DNA from: an uncultured Gammaproteobacteria bacterium
GTDB taxonomy: Bacteria > Pseudomonadota > Gammaproteobacteria > JABCZS01
DNA: 64,000 nucleotides
Reading direction: 5' to 3'
NCBI GenBank assembly: GCA_963848305.1
Contig: CAWKDC010000001.1
Location: forward strand, 1,056,001-1,120,000
The notes under the pieces: model-generated
Database searches by the model: none
What the model was told of the DNA's origin: nothing
The model's input: the letters and a program-made list of their open reading frames with translations, nothing else
Part shown: positions 1 to 10,670 of the stretch, piece after piece
Layout of the letters: the number at the start of each line of letters is the position of its first letter
Numbering within the stretch: position 1 is the stretch's first letter
Program-made: the position numbers and the translations under genes

Positions 1-330
1 GTTTGCCATGATGTTGGGCGCGGTGACATGATCGATCTGGTCTGCTGAAAAAGGCAGACCCGTCCAGGGGTAACCATCAATATGCATGACCGATACCTGG
101 GTTTTTTGTTGCGACACATCAAAGTGTTGCTCAAAGTTAAACATACCCTGACAACAAGGTTCTGCGCGAACCCGCTGCCATACCCGATAACGGTGCAGGC
201 GACCCGGCCAACTGAATGACACCACGCGCACGGCATCGCTTGGAAGCCATAAGCGAATGGATGCCGTCGATACTGGAACGGTACCGACCCAACCCCAAGG
301 GGCAAGGACTATTTCATTGATTTTCATCAT
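1..330 (-). CDS. 5' part of a gene running off the window, possibly PilM/competence-type protein
   Basis: Manually read open frame MMKINEIVLAPWGWVGTVPVSTASIRLWLPSDAVRVVSFSW... from ATG at 330 to the window edge. Divergent from mrcA, where pilMNOPQ usually lies (position only). Confidence 0.5.
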   Translation of the reverse strand, partial: MMKINEIVLAPWGWVGTVPVSTASIRLWLPSDAVRVVSFSWPGRLHRYRVWQRVRAEPCCQGMFNFEQHFDVSQQKTQVSVMHIDGYPWTGLPFSADQIDHVTAPNIMAN

Positions 331-506
331 GTTCTCTTTATTATTATGTTGATGACATGGATTGGCTCGAATTCTATCCGGTTTTTTTTAAAATGCCAAG
401 AGGTTTGCATGATTTTTTTTCAAAAAAATTGCCACAGCGGGCAATACACTATTATACTAATTAGTGATATTATAAAGTCCCTAAATACGTTGGTTGCATA
501 ACCCTG

Positions 507-2912
507 ATGATACGCCTCCTGACACTTATGTTTAATTTAGGTTTACTCGTCGCTTTCGGCGTCGTGATTGCCGTCATTTATATGAGCGATCAGCTCCCCT
601 CCGTGGAAATGATGAAAGATGTTCGCCTGCAAACACCTTTACGTGTTTACACGATCGATGGCAAGCTGATTGGCCAGTTTGGTGAAAAGCGCCGTATTCC
701 CGTCAAACTTGATCATGTTCCCCCGATGATGATCAATGCTTTTGTGTCCACCGAAGATCGCCGTTTTTTCAGCCACGCTGGCGTAGATTTTCGTGGACTG
801 ATGCGCGCAGCCCACCACGTTTTAACTGAAGGCAACCGTGGTCAAGGGGGCAGCACGATCACCATGCAGCTCGCACGTAACATGTTTTTATCACCTCAAA
901 AAACATATGTACGAAAAATCAATGAGATTTTATTGGCACTCCAAATTGAAAAAGAATTTTCCAAAAAAGAAATCCTTGAATTATATTTCAACAAAATTTA
1001 TTTAGGCCAACGTGCCTATGGGATTTCAGCCGCCGCGGAAGTGTATTATGGCAAAACATTGAATGAACTCACCATCGCTGAAATGGCCACGATTGCGGGT
1101 TTACCGAAAGCACCTTCCACGATGAACCCCATCAGCAGTCCCACCCGCGCATTAGAGCGCCGTACGCATGTATTGGATGCAATGTTGTCTGAACATTACA
1201 TCACTCAAGCCGAATATGATACCGCCATGAAAGAACCTATTCAAACATATTACCATGCCCCTCAAGTTGAAATTGAAGCGCCTTACGTCGCTGAAATGGC
1301 GCGTCAAGTCATGTTCAATCAATTGGGTGAAGATGCTTACACGATTGGCCTGCAAGTGTATACCACGCTCCACAGTGATCTCCAATTAGCCGCTAATCGA
1401 GCGCTTGAAAATGGCATGGTTCAATACGACAGGCGTCACGGTTTCCGCGGCGTGATCAAACAAATCAAATTATCTGACGATAAAAATGTCTTGCTCAAAA
1501 CGCTGCATGAAATTCCCAATGCCGGTCCGCTCGAAACCGTGTTGGTCATGTCGATCGACGATGCACAGGCCCATGTCTTGATGCGTGATGGAAAAACTAT
1601 CGTTATCCCTGCCACAGCCCTCACCTTCAGCAACCGCAGTGCCAGCGAATTGAATATCAAACCGGGCAGCGTGATCAGGCTGTTTAAAGGGGAAGACAAT
1701 CAATGGATATTGGCACAGCGGCCTCAAGTGGAAGGTGCTTTCGTCGCCATACGCCCACAAGATGGCGCCATTTTAGCGCTGGTCGGTGGGTTTGATTTTT
1801 ATCATAATAATTTTAATATGGCGACACAAGCGGAACGTCAACCGGGTTCCAGCTTCAAACCATTTATTTATTCAGCCGGTTTGGACAATGGCTTCACCGC
1901 TGCCACCTTGATCAATGACGCGCCCATCGTATTTGAAGAAACCGATCACAGCAGCGCGTGGCGCCCACAAAATTATGAACGCCGTTTTTATGGCCCCACA
2001 CGTTTACGCATGGGATTAGTGCGTTCACGTAATCTTGTGTCTATTCGTGTGTTATCGGGCACCGGTTTGGAAACAGCAATTGCATATGCCGAACGTTTCG
2101 GGTTCAGTCGCGGCACCATGCCACTCGGTTTGTCGCTTGCACTCGGTACAAACATTGTCACCCCCCTACAAATGGCGCGTGGTCTCGCCGTATTTGCCAA
2201 TGGCGGTTTTCTCATCACGCCTTACGTGATTGATCATGTCCGCAATGATGCCGGTAAAGTGATTGAACATGCTACACCTGCTTTCGCCTGCGACCCATGC
2301 GACCCCGAAGAGGTATCACGCTTGTTTAGTCATTCACTCGTGAATATTCATGAAGCGCCCCGTGTGATCACACCCGAAAATGCTTATATCATGAGCGACA
2401 TGTTGCGTGATGTCGTACGTCGCGGCACCGCAGTTGGCGCAAAAGTGTTGAACCGATCAGACATTGGCGGCAAGACGGGCACTACACAAGATCAACGCGA
2501 TGGTTGGTTTACCGGTTTTAATCCTGATATCGTCGCGACCAGCTGGATTGGTTTTGACACAGCACGATCGCTCGGTGAATATGGTGCGCAGTCTGCATTG
2601 CCCACATGGGTTGATTTTATGCGCTATGCTTTAAAAGATAAACCTGAACGTTTCATCCCTCAACCTGATGATGTCGTGAGTGTGCGCATTGATCCCCGCA
2701 CTGGGTTATTGGCATCGCCGAATCAAACCGATGCTGAATTTGAATTGTTTACGAAAGACACTGTCCCGACAGAATACGCTGCTGATTCACAAAATGATGA
2801 CGGCGAAAACGACAGTGATAACGACGGTAGCAATCACACAGATATTCAGGAAGATGGTGATCAAGATACAGGACCCGTATCAACAGAGCAACACGATAAC
2901 AATATGTTTTAG
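507..2912 (+). CDS. mrcA: Penicillin-binding protein 1A
   Basis: Transglycosylase motifs EDRRF and GGSTITMQLARN; transpeptidase motifs SSFK, SRN, KTGT; N-terminal TM anchor. Confidence 0.97.
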   Translation: MIRLLTLMFNLGLLVAFGVVIAVIYMSDQLPSVEMMKDVRLQTPLRVYTIDGKLIGQFGEKRRIPVKLDHVPPMMINAFVSTEDRRFFSHAGVDFRGLMRAAHHVLTEGNRGQGGSTITMQLARNMFLSPQKTYVRKINEILLALQIEKEFSKKEILELYFNKIYLGQRAYGISAAAEVYYGKTLNELTIAEMATIAGLPKAPSTMNPISSPTRALERRTHVLDAMLSEHYITQAEYDTAMKEPIQTYYHAPQVEIEAPYVAEMARQVMFNQLGEDAYTIGLQVYTTLHSDLQLAANRALENGMVQYDRRHGFRGVIKQIKLSDDKNVLLKTLHEIPNAGPLETVLVMSIDDAQAHVLMRDGKTIVIPATALTFSNRSASELNIKPGSVIRLFKGEDNQWILAQRPQVEGAFVAIRPQDGAILALVGGFDFYHNNFNMATQAERQPGSSFKPFIYSAGLDNGFTAATLINDAPIVFEETDHSSAWRPQNYERRFYGPTRLRMGLVRSRNLVSIRVLSGTGLETAIAYAERFGFSRGTMPLGLSLALGTNIVTPLQMARGLAVFANGGFLITPYVIDHVRNDAGKVIEHATPAFACDPCDPEEVSRLFSHSLVNIHEAPRVITPENAYIMSDMLRDVVRRGTAVGAKVLNRSDIGGKTGTTQDQRDGWFTGFNPDIVATSWIGFDTARSLGEYGAQSALPTWVDFMRYALKDKPERFIPQPDDVVSVRIDPRTGLLASPNQTDAEFELFTKDTVPTEYAADSQNDDGENDSDNDGSNHTDIQEDGDQDTGPVSTEQHDNNMF

Positions 2913-2929
2913 TCATGCGGGGGAATACC

Positions 2930-3544
2930 ATGCGTAAAACTTCCAAGCGTCAACTCCAAGTACGTGAAACCATTGCACAAGAAGCTGCCAAATGGATGGT
3001 GACTCACGGTATCATCGATTTTGAATCTGCTAAACGTCGTGCCGTGAAATCTCTGGGCATCGACCGAATTGATTCCAATATTTTACCCTCGCATCACCAT
3101 GTGCAACAAGCGTTGATCAGCTACCAACAATTATTCACGGATCCCCATCGCGAAGCGAACCTGTTCATGCTCCGCCAAAAGGCCTATCGTGGCATGTTGA
3201 TATTGAAAGAATTTGATCCACACCTGACCGGTATGGTGTTGGACGGCAGCGCAACCAATCATGTCAATATTGAGCTACATGTCTTCGCCTCTCGGTCTGA
3301 AGAAGTGATGATCCACCTCATCAATTTAAATATTGCACATGAATCGGATGAATACCGCATGCAACTGCTCGACAAGCAATTTAAATCATTCCCTGTCATA
3401 CGTTTTTATTTGGCAGAAAACACGATTGATGCTGTCATTTTCCCTGAGAAAACGTTAAAATACCATGCACGATGCCAAATTCATGGCAAACCGATGGAGC
3501 GTGCTAATTTGGATGCGGTTAAAGTATTGGTGGGGCTGGCATGA
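2930..3544 (+). CDS. Conserved hypothetical protein, nucleotidyltransferase-like fold
   Basis: RETIAQEAAKWM N-terminus and PHLTGMVLDGSA..NIELHVF resemble a degenerate NTase motif; operonic with mrcA. Confidence 0.6.
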   Translation: MRKTSKRQLQVRETIAQEAAKWMVTHGIIDFESAKRRAVKSLGIDRIDSNILPSHHHVQQALISYQQLFTDPHREANLFMLRQKAYRGMLILKEFDPHLTGMVLDGSATNHVNIELHVFASRSEEVMIHLINLNIAHESDEYRMQLLDKQFKSFPVIRFYLAENTIDAVIFPEKTLKYHARCQIHGKPMERANLDAVKVLVGLA

Positions 3545-4248
3545 TTGGTATTATTGCAGCGATGCACGAAGAAGCTGCTTATTTAATTGAACACATGCAA
3601 AACAAACTCACAACCGAGATTGCGAAAACTGTTTTTACTTCAGGAACACTCAACGGCATGCCCGTTGCGATGGTTGAATGCGGGATCGGCAAAGTCAATG
3701 CAGCTATCGGCACCACATTACTCATTGAACATTTCAAACCCGATTGCGTGATCAACACAGGAACTGCCGGAGGCCTGAACCCCGCACTCACCATGGGAGA
3801 TGTCGTGATTTCAACAGACGTCACGCACCACGATGTTGATTTAACCGTGTGGGGATATGCGCATGGCCAACTGCCCAAATTGCCCGCTGCATTCCTGCCT
3901 GATCTGTCTTTGATCGAGGCTGCTGAGCGTGCTGCATTGAACATGAACATGCACGTCACAAAAGGCCTGATCGTTTCAGGCGACAGTTTTATTTCAACTG
4001 AAAACACTATCGCACGCATCCTCGCATTATTTCCTGCTGTGCAAGCGGTTGAGATGGAAGCTGCTGCCATCGCTCAAGTTTGCCACCAATTTAGTGTCCC
4101 TTTTGTGATCATTCGAGCGATATCAGATGTAGCCGGGAAAGATTCCGTCTTATCCTTCGATGCTTTCTTAAAGCAAGCTGCGCAAAACAGCGCACAATTA
4201 TTGTTGAATACCCTTTCGGAGTGGTCTCATGCAAAAAACCAATGTTGA
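3541..4248 (+). CDS. mtnN: 5'-methylthioadenosine/S-adenosylhomocysteine nucleosidase
   Basis: [36 protein letters not shown] motifs. Confidence 0.96.
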   Translation: MIGIIAAMHEEAAYLIEHMQNKLTTEIAKTVFTSGTLNGMPVAMVECGIGKVNAAIGTTLLIEHFKPDCVINTGTAGGLNPALTMGDVVISTDVTHHDVDLTVWGYAHGQLPKLPAAFLPDLSLIEAAERAALNMNMHVTKGLIVSGDSFISTENTIARILALFPAVQAVEMEAAAIAQVCHQFSVPFVIIRAISDVAGKDSVLSFDAFLKQAAQNSAQLLLNTLSEWSHAKNQC

Positions 4249-4690
4249 AAGTTTTGATTTAGATCATACCCTCGTGAAAGCGCCTTACATTCGCCTGGCA
4301 GGTGAAATCCCCTCTCCCAAGGGAGACATCGCTTATAAATATGATGTGCGATTTTGCCAACCCAATCAAGCGCACATGGACATGAAAGGGTTGCATTCAC
4401 TCGAACATTTGATGGCTGATCGGATCCGAAACCACCTCAGCGATGTCATCGATCTCAGCCCCATGGGTTGTCAAACAGGGTTTTACTTAACTGTTTTTAA
4501 GCACAACTCTGTTGAAGCCATCGAAGCTGCCCTGGCGCTCACACTCGATGATGTGCTTCAAGCGACAGCAGTGCCCGCGTGCAACATTAAACAATGCGGC
4601 TGGGCGGCCAATCATAGCCTGACGGGAGCACAAGAAATTGCACGTGACATGCTGGCGCATCGAGGAAAATGGCTGAAAGTTTTTGAGTAA
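4229..4690 (+). CDS. luxS: S-ribosylhomocysteine lyase (AI-2 synthase)
   Basis: [27 protein letters not shown] motifs. Confidence 0.97.
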   Translation: MQKTNVESFDLDHTLVKAPYIRLAGEIPSPKGDIAYKYDVRFCQPNQAHMDMKGLHSLEHLMADRIRNHLSDVIDLSPMGCQTGFYLTVFKHNSVEAIEAALALTLDDVLQATAVPACNIKQCGWAANHSLTGAQEIARDMLAHRGKWLKVFE

Positions 4691-4742
4691 CACGGATTTT
4701 CATAGCTCTCTTGATCACTTTTTTAACACTACATTAGATGTT

Positions 4743-4904
4743 TTAACACCTGATCGATCTCATTTTGCAGCCAGTGTCTGCCTCAAGGGTTAATTCGCGC
4801 ACTAGTTTAGACAAAGAGATATGTTCTTCCTTGGCAATCTGATTCAGCATGTCGACGGCTTCGCGTTCCAAACTGACATTGACTCTTGGGCTTTTTGATG
4901 ACAT
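4743..4904 (-). pseudogene. Truncated ribbon-helix-helix antitoxin-like gene (53 aa)
   Basis: Manually read MSSKSPRVNVSLEREAVDMLNQIAKEEHISLSKLVRELTLEA then unrelated tail; GAGG RBS upstream; no adjacent toxin. Confidence 0.55.
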
Positions 4905-5237
4905 GAACTTCCCCTCCTCTCTGAGGGCGTAAGTGTGCCACTTTTATATCACATTATCAATTTTGCGCCTTTACATGCAAAAATATTCATAAAAGATATT
5001 GACAATATCATTGATGATAGTTATTATATCTTTGTTGATGCGGCATTGATGATAACAACGATAAATATGCTGCAGCAATGGCAAGTGCATAAGCGATAAT
5101 AACATAGCACTTGCCGGAAATAAGAGAAGAAGAACAATAAGATAATAAGTAGGAGGGCACTCCCCGACACAGCGCAAACGTGGCCCGGCTGGATCGGGGG
5201 GAAACCCCGTTAAAAAATCTCACCATCTACCATCCCC

Positions 5238-5645
5238 TCACATCTCCCCCATCGGACAAACCTCTGCAGGCTCCGGCACACATTCCCACCAAAATTCTTC
5301 CCTGCGCCAACCTGCATGTGGCAAAAGATCCGCCACAATGTTAAATCCCGGTTGCGCGCGCAGTGATAATGTTTGAGCCATTGCTTCATGCGTATATACA
5401 CATATCGCATAACCTGATGCATCATTTACATCGGGTGCTGACGCATAAGTATGATAATAAATGCCAGCCAACACAGGTTGTGTGCGCTTTCCAGGAACCC
5501 ACTGCCAAAACCCACGCAGGGTTTGTTCGAAATGGCATGAATCGACTTGAGCGGCTTCCTCGCAAATTACCTGAGATGGGCAATAAATATGGGCGAGAGT
5601 GCTGACACTGAAGAGTAATAAAAATAACCCGATGATTTTTTGCAT
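5238..5645 (-). CDS. Secreted Cys-rich hypothetical protein
   Basis: Signal peptide MQKIIGLFLLLFSVSTLA, six Cys, AAGGA RBS. Confidence 0.7.
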   Translation of the reverse strand: MQKIIGLFLLLFSVSTLAHIYCPSQVICEEAAQVDSCHFEQTLRGFWQWVPGKRTQPVLAGIYYHTYASAPDVNDASGYAICVYTHEAMAQTLSLRAQPGFNIVADLLPHAGWRREEFWWECVPEPAEVCPMGEM

Positions 5646-5732
5646 AATACATTCCTTATTGTTATTGTGTGAATGATGGGATGCATTGTACAATGCTTTT
5701 TTGGTTTTTTGTCAACATTTGGAATGATCACC

Positions 5733-6473
5733 ATGAAAAAATATATGCTCACGTTCACTGCTTTTTTTATCGCAGCCAGCGCGCAGGCGAACATGGAATT
5801 TGTGGCGATGGGCGGTGCGGGTATCATCGATGTTGACGATTTTACGTTGCAAGTCACTGAATGGGAAACTGACAAACTCTTCCAAACCAATCCGAGTGAA
5901 TGGAGTCCGTGGACAGCCCAAATCGGCATGGGCTACATCTACGCGTTTGAAAAACCTCTGCTCACCGGTGATGTGCGTTGGTTTTCCAGCATCACGCCGC
6001 AGATCAACCTCTATTATATGAATGGATACGACATCACTGGCGAAGTATATCAGTTCGAAAGCCCCGAATACCACTTCCTCAATGAAGAGATGCATTATAA
6101 CAGCACAAGGTTGATGTTTGATCTCAACATCAACATTGCCCAATACCAATGGTTGTCTTTGTATGCGATTGCAGGTGCTGGCGCAGCATGGCATGTTTTC
6201 GATATCCATGCCAAACCGAATGAAGCCGGACTGGATTGCGGTGTGATCGCGTATGATTTTCAAACAGGTCGGCTTAACACCTTTGCGTATGAATTTGGTG
6301 CAGGGGTCACGGTTCCGATTGTGAACCATTTCTCAGTATCACTTGAATATTTGTATGCAGGTTTTCATGATATCTCTTTAGAAAATGATGTCAGCGCGGG
6401 TTTTGATATTGAAGGCTCTGAATTGAGTCTGACATCACAATCCATCCTGCTCGGTTTCCGTTTTGCCCTGTGA
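5733..6473 (+). CDS. Outer-membrane beta-barrel protein (Legionella-type opacity/OmpA-like)
   Basis: Signal peptide, FAYEFGAGV, SLEYLYAG, amphipathic terminal strand ILLGFRFAL. Confidence 0.8.
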   Translation: MKKYMLTFTAFFIAASAQANMEFVAMGGAGIIDVDDFTLQVTEWETDKLFQTNPSEWSPWTAQIGMGYIYAFEKPLLTGDVRWFSSITPQINLYYMNGYDITGEVYQFESPEYHFLNEEMHYNSTRLMFDLNINIAQYQWLSLYAIAGAGAAWHVFDIHAKPNEAGLDCGVIAYDFQTGRLNTFAYEFGAGVTVPIVNHFSVSLEYLYAGFHDISLENDVSAGFDIEGSELSLTSQSILLGFRFAL

Positions 6474-6489
6474 TTGAAAGGAATCAAAC

Positions 6490-6990
6490 ATGTTTAAACA
6501 ACTCTGCACTTTGATCGGATTACTCAGTGTCACCTGCACAGTCATCGCAGACCACTGCCCATTATCCCTCACAGGTCCAACGACAACCACCCTCAATTGC
6601 AGCCCATCTGACACCGAGTTAAATTCGACGGTGCTCACATTCACAGTCACCAACCACACGCACGCACCCATCGGCTTCCACCCTACCATCGGGGGCGCTG
6701 CTCCCACACCATCATCCATTGTCGTGACAGGCGGCAGCTGTCCAAAAAATGTTGTGCGTGCTCGCAACTCGTGTACCGTTGAGGTGACTGTCACCGCAGG
6801 CTTGTGCAGCGCCATTACGCCACCATCTCAAATGATTGATGCCGTACTGGATGTCAAACCTGATATCAATCAAGGTCTTTTGAAACAGCCATTTGAGGTC
6901 ACTGTTAATGGAGCTATCTTTCGCCAAATTTCTTGCGCTGCTCAAAAGGATGGGGAAATCATGTGTCGCTTCCACAAAAATGACATTTGA
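6490..6990 (+). CDS. Secreted hypothetical protein, Ig-like beta-sandwich candidate
   Basis: Signal peptide; LTFTVTN...GSC...SCTVEVTV pattern. Confidence 0.6.
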   Translation: MFKQLCTLIGLLSVTCTVIADHCPLSLTGPTTTTLNCSPSDTELNSTVLTFTVTNHTHAPIGFHPTIGGAAPTPSSIVVTGGSCPKNVVRARNSCTVEVTVTAGLCSAITPPSQMIDAVLDVKPDINQGLLKQPFEVTVNGAIFRQISCAAQKDGEIMCRFHKNDI

Positions 6991-7120
6991 GTAAGTCAAG
7001 GCCTTTGGCCTTGGGAATTGTCTGCCTCCGGCCTGGGACGATGACCGGAGGAAAGGGGGCTTCACATAAGATCCTTGGCACGGTTCTCCTGAAGCCAATA
7101 ACTAATATATGGAAAAAATT

Positions 7121-7648
7121 TCATTTCCACTTGATCGAACAACCCATGCTGGGGATTTGCTCCCGCGAGCCTTGCCCTGTTTGCGCAATTTGCTGCATGG
7201 CCAATAACAATTCTTGCTTGCCATCACCCGAAAATCGCCCACGGTATTGCAGTTTCAATTCTTTGTTGTATCCGAAAAAATCTGGGGTACACACGGCACC
7301 ATAAGCTTTTGCGGTTGCTTGAGTCGCATCAATTAAATAATGGAATGGGAAATCCAGTTTTTGAGCAAGTTTAGCCATATTGTCCGGCGCATCTTCAGGA
7401 TATTCTTCATAATCATTCGCCATGATCGCGACACAGCCGATACCCTCTTTCATGAGTTGTCGTGCATCTTCAACCAATTCGGGCAAAATCTTTTTCACAT
7501 AAGGGCAATGGTTGCAAATAAACATCACGAGCAAACCTTTCGGCCCGCGACAATCTGCCAAATGATACGTCTTACCTTCACTGTCTTTAAGCACGAAATC
7601 GATGGCGTTTGTATCAAAATCACAAACAGGGGTGTGTAACAGTACCAT
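7121..7648 (-). CDS. Thioredoxin-family (AhpC/TSA-like) protein
   Basis: LLVMFICNHCPYV, YGAVCTPDFF, YRGR, PSMGCSIKW motifs. Confidence 0.92.
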   Translation of the reverse strand: MVLLHTPVCDFDTNAIDFVLKDSEGKTYHLADCRGPKGLLVMFICNHCPYVKKILPELVEDARQLMKEGIGCVAIMANDYEEYPEDAPDNMAKLAQKLDFPFHYLIDATQATAKAYGAVCTPDFFGYNKELKLQYRGRFSGDGKQELLLAMQQIAQTGQGSREQIPSMGCSIKWK

Positions 7649-7844
7649 TGCATTTCTCCGTATATTGAATGTTGAGACATGATACCGCATAAAATGACAC
7701 AATACCAATATGCGGCAAATCATAAATCCTGCAGAGCTGAGTTCTAATACTTATATGCAGTCATATGAGAAAGATTTTGAATCTATTCATCCATAAAAGT
7801 TTAAATGATTTGAGATATGATCACCCAAGGTTGTCATATTCCAA

Positions 7845-7881
7845 TATAGATGAACTGGATGCCAATTGGGCCACAGGCTGT
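7845..7881. repeat. Diverged left fragment of the tRNA-island repeat
   Basis: 31/37 nt identical to 10223-10259 (core TATAGATGAACTGGA exact), hand alignment. Confidence 0.75.
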
Positions 7882-7934
7882 GAACCCATTTGATGGGTGA
7901 CTTTGCGAAACAGCCTGTTTCACAATTAGGAAGT

Positions 7935-9538
7935 TCAAAGAGAGGACTCTGCCATACTCATGTCTTTCAACTCTATCTCTGAAGCCGAAACATCCCCCGT
8001 GTGCCGTTCCTGCTGACCTTGCCTCCAGATAAAATACTGTTGCGTTGGGGCGGGATACTTGGCTATCAGCGCTGCACACAGCTGATGCCAATCACTCGTC
8101 CCTGCGGGATCCTGCGCATAACTTTTCCGCAAAATCATCACGATGTGATGAGCTAACGCACGCTCATTGTTTGCATCCACTGGAAGCCTGCATAAACGGT
8201 TCAATTCATCACGATCTGCCTCCGTCACGTGTCTGGCCGGTGACACAAACATCATATTGTATCCACCGATGGTATAGCGAGGCGTTATCTGGTGCAGCAC
8301 CGCATAACCCGCGAGTCTAAAGGGCCGATTATGCCCAATATTGATTGAATTAGTAATATTAAAATGGCTCCAAAAATTCGGACCAAATATGAGATCTCTG
8401 TTGGCGCCCTTCTCAATCAATCGACAGAAAATCTCGTCGTGATCATTCCCCCCGAGCTCCCTCAGAAGAGCATAGCTAGAATCATCTTGTAATGTTTGAT
8501 TGACAATCTCTGCTGTCATATCTGTTTTGTTCAGAGGGCCATGATAATTTTTTTCCATACTTCTGCAGTTTGTGCATGCGCTTGATTATTTTCTGTATAG
8601 TTCTGAAACGCGCGAAAAAAAGCAAGATAATGATGAATTGCAATGCCCAACAATGTATATGATCTACCATCCATATCATGTTTCCATGCCTCAAGCAAGG
8701 AAGATGTTTGAAATACAAATAATGCACTGCTTTGAACGGGGAATTTTTCATCCTGGATGAATGAAAACAAGGCGCCGAATTGATTTTCTGTGATGGCATC
8801 TGCTACCCACTCACGAGTAATCGAATTAGCATGGGTCGAACGATACTGCGGTTCCCACTTGTTATCATTTACATAGGTCTGGAATGCTGGCCAGTTCAAT
8901 GCCATCTCATGCTGACATTGATTCACCAACGAACACCACGCTTTTGGTTTCTTTTTAAGATCAATGCCCAAAAATTGGAAAAAACCTTCGGGATCATGCT
9001 CAAAGGGAAATCCCTTCACATCAAACATCACTTTTCTTTCTACAAAAAATAACGCTACCTTTGGCTTTCTCTCCGCAATCGCACGATTAAGATAGTGACT
9101 ATCTTTCCCAATAGGCAACGATATCCACAATATGTGAAATAGAAAAGTATCATCGACGGCCAAAGCCTCATCAAAAAATTCGCTGGTGTCTGGGATGCGT
9201 CGAAATAAGGCCGAAATAATACGTTCATTTTTTCCGGGTAGAAACTGCTTGGCCAATGACCTAAAATCCAGCGTTGTTTCTTGCGGAATATGGGATATAA
9301 ATGTGTTAATCAGCTGCGACATGTATTCAGGCACAATCACAATAGAGCCTGTTCCAAATGCACGGTATCTCGCCTCGAAAAATTTGAGTACAGCGCTGAC
9401 CTGGGCTATGTCATTCAAGTCGATGCTCTTTAAATACGCTATCAACCCACTTAGGGTTTCAGCATTCCAAAAGTGGATCGCTGAATACTGCCCCAGCTGT
9501 TCGGTTATCTCTTTGATTTTTTCAGGATGACTTGCCAC
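7935..9538 (-). CDS. Effector-like hypothetical protein, probably one gene split by a frameshift near 8531-8558
   Basis: ORFs 8531..9538 and 7935..8558 overlap across an A7 run; one added base fuses them (~534 aa). Weak ankyrin-like segments (YLNRAIAE, TLLGIAIH, LIEKGANRD). Confidence 0.6.
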
Positions 9539-9620
9539 GGTGCACTCCCAATGGGCACTGAATTAAGTCAGCATTGTATCCTGATTTTCAAGCAGAAGGC
9601 AAGGACAGCACGAGGACAAG

Positions 9621-9672
9621 CATAAAAAATGCGTATTCATCAGCCTCGTCAGAGGCGTTAGATGCAGAGCCC
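9621..9672. repeat. Right fragment of the tRNA-island repeat
   Basis: 9640-9672 TCAGCCTCGTCAGAGGCGTTAGATGCAGAGCCC is identical to 13251-13283. Confidence 0.9.
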
Positions 9673-9736
9673 TTTGAGAAAAGAAACGCACTATCTCATT
9701 TTTGTACAGTTTCCACATCCGAAACGGCTCGACGAT

Positions 9737-10114
9737 CTACATATCCGCATCAGAAGGCTTTCCTTCAATCATCCTGACACTTCCATGAATATGAATGATT
9801 TGATCTTCTTTAAATTTGAAATAGGCAATCACTTCAGCCAGAATAGGTTGCCCGGCAAAATTTTTGCCCGTTGGGTAGTACAGTGCAAAAAGCTCATCTC
9901 CCTGCTCAAGGATATGCCGATAATCGATAGATTCCAGCACGATATTTTTCTTTTGCTCAATCACATGCTCAATGTATGCATCTCTTCGCAAGGTAACCCC
10001 GTTGATCGATTGGTCAAAGTCAGGATGAAAATATTCTTTAATCAGCGCTTCGACATCAGCCTGAGGCGCATAAACTTCAGCCCAAATTTTTTGAAGCAGT
10101 GCCTTGTGACTCAT
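9737..10114 (-). CDS. SnoaL/NTF2-like family protein
   Basis: YFHPDFDQSING..L.R..YIEH pattern and terminal beta strands; GAGGA RBS. Confidence 0.75.
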   Translation of the reverse strand: MSHKALLQKIWAEVYAPQADVEALIKEYFHPDFDQSINGVTLRRDAYIEHVIEQKKNIVLESIDYRHILEQGDELFALYYPTGKNFAGQPILAEVIAYFKFKEDQIIHIHGSVRMIEGKPSDADM

Positions 10115-10137
10115 GTATCCAAAAATCCTCGATAATT

Positions 10138-10419
10138 GCTGGGCCACTAGGACTTGAACCTAGGACCAAAGGGTGGTGAGATCAAAAAATAACGATTCTT
10201 GCAAATTCTACATCACTTCTATTATAGATGAACTGGAGGTCACTTGCGGCACAAGCTGTATCGCAAATGATGAATACACATAGGCGGGTCTAACGCCCCT
10301 TTAAAAAGGTTTTGTTACATAAAAATCGAATATTCTTCAGCCTCGTTAGAGGCGTTAGATACAGAGCCCCATATGCAGCCGCCGCAGGCGGCGGAATGGG
10401 GGGGGAATGGGGTATGATT
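10138..10419. repeat. Direct repeat R1 containing a copy of the tRNA-Ile 3' half (att-like)
   Basis: Near-identical to 13051-13321; begins with GGGCCACTAGGACTTGAACCTAGGACCAAAGG matching the tRNA at 14588-14620. Confidence 0.95.
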
Positions 10420-10565
10420 CCCCTCTAAGCCCTGAAGGAGCGTGAGAAAAATAAATAATAACAATCAAATCAAGCTATTAAAAACATCCTATTGTCACCA
10501 TTTATTATCTATTGATAGGAAAAGTTATCTGTGGGTGTCCCGCCAGTGTCCTACGGCACAGTCTA

Positions 10566-10595
10566 TTGCCATTCTCTCCCATTTTCGACTATAAT
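10566..10595 (+). promoter_or_regulatory. Sigma70-like promoter for the abi locus
   Basis: TTGCCA-N18-TATAAT just upstream of the hairpin and abi gene. Confidence 0.55.
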
Positions 10596-10608
10596 CACCA
10601 GTAACACG

Positions 10609-10650
10609 GCCCGCTCCTCTGCACTGAAAGGTGTACGGGTGGGTTTTCTT
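10609..10650 (+). ncRNA. Hairpin RNA candidate upstream of the Abi gene (abiF-motif-like antitoxin RNA)
   Basis: GCCCGCTC/GGGTGGGT outer stem, TGCAC/GTGTA inner stem, GAAA loop, then T-tract; between promoter and AbiF-family start. Confidence 0.55.
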
Positions 10651-10670
10651 TTAGGAGTAGAAGCAAAGGG

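Noticed and set aside
9577-9584. IncP-type nic site TATCCTG
   Set aside because: Seven-mer not followed by a pyrimidine and absent from R1/R2; expected by chance.
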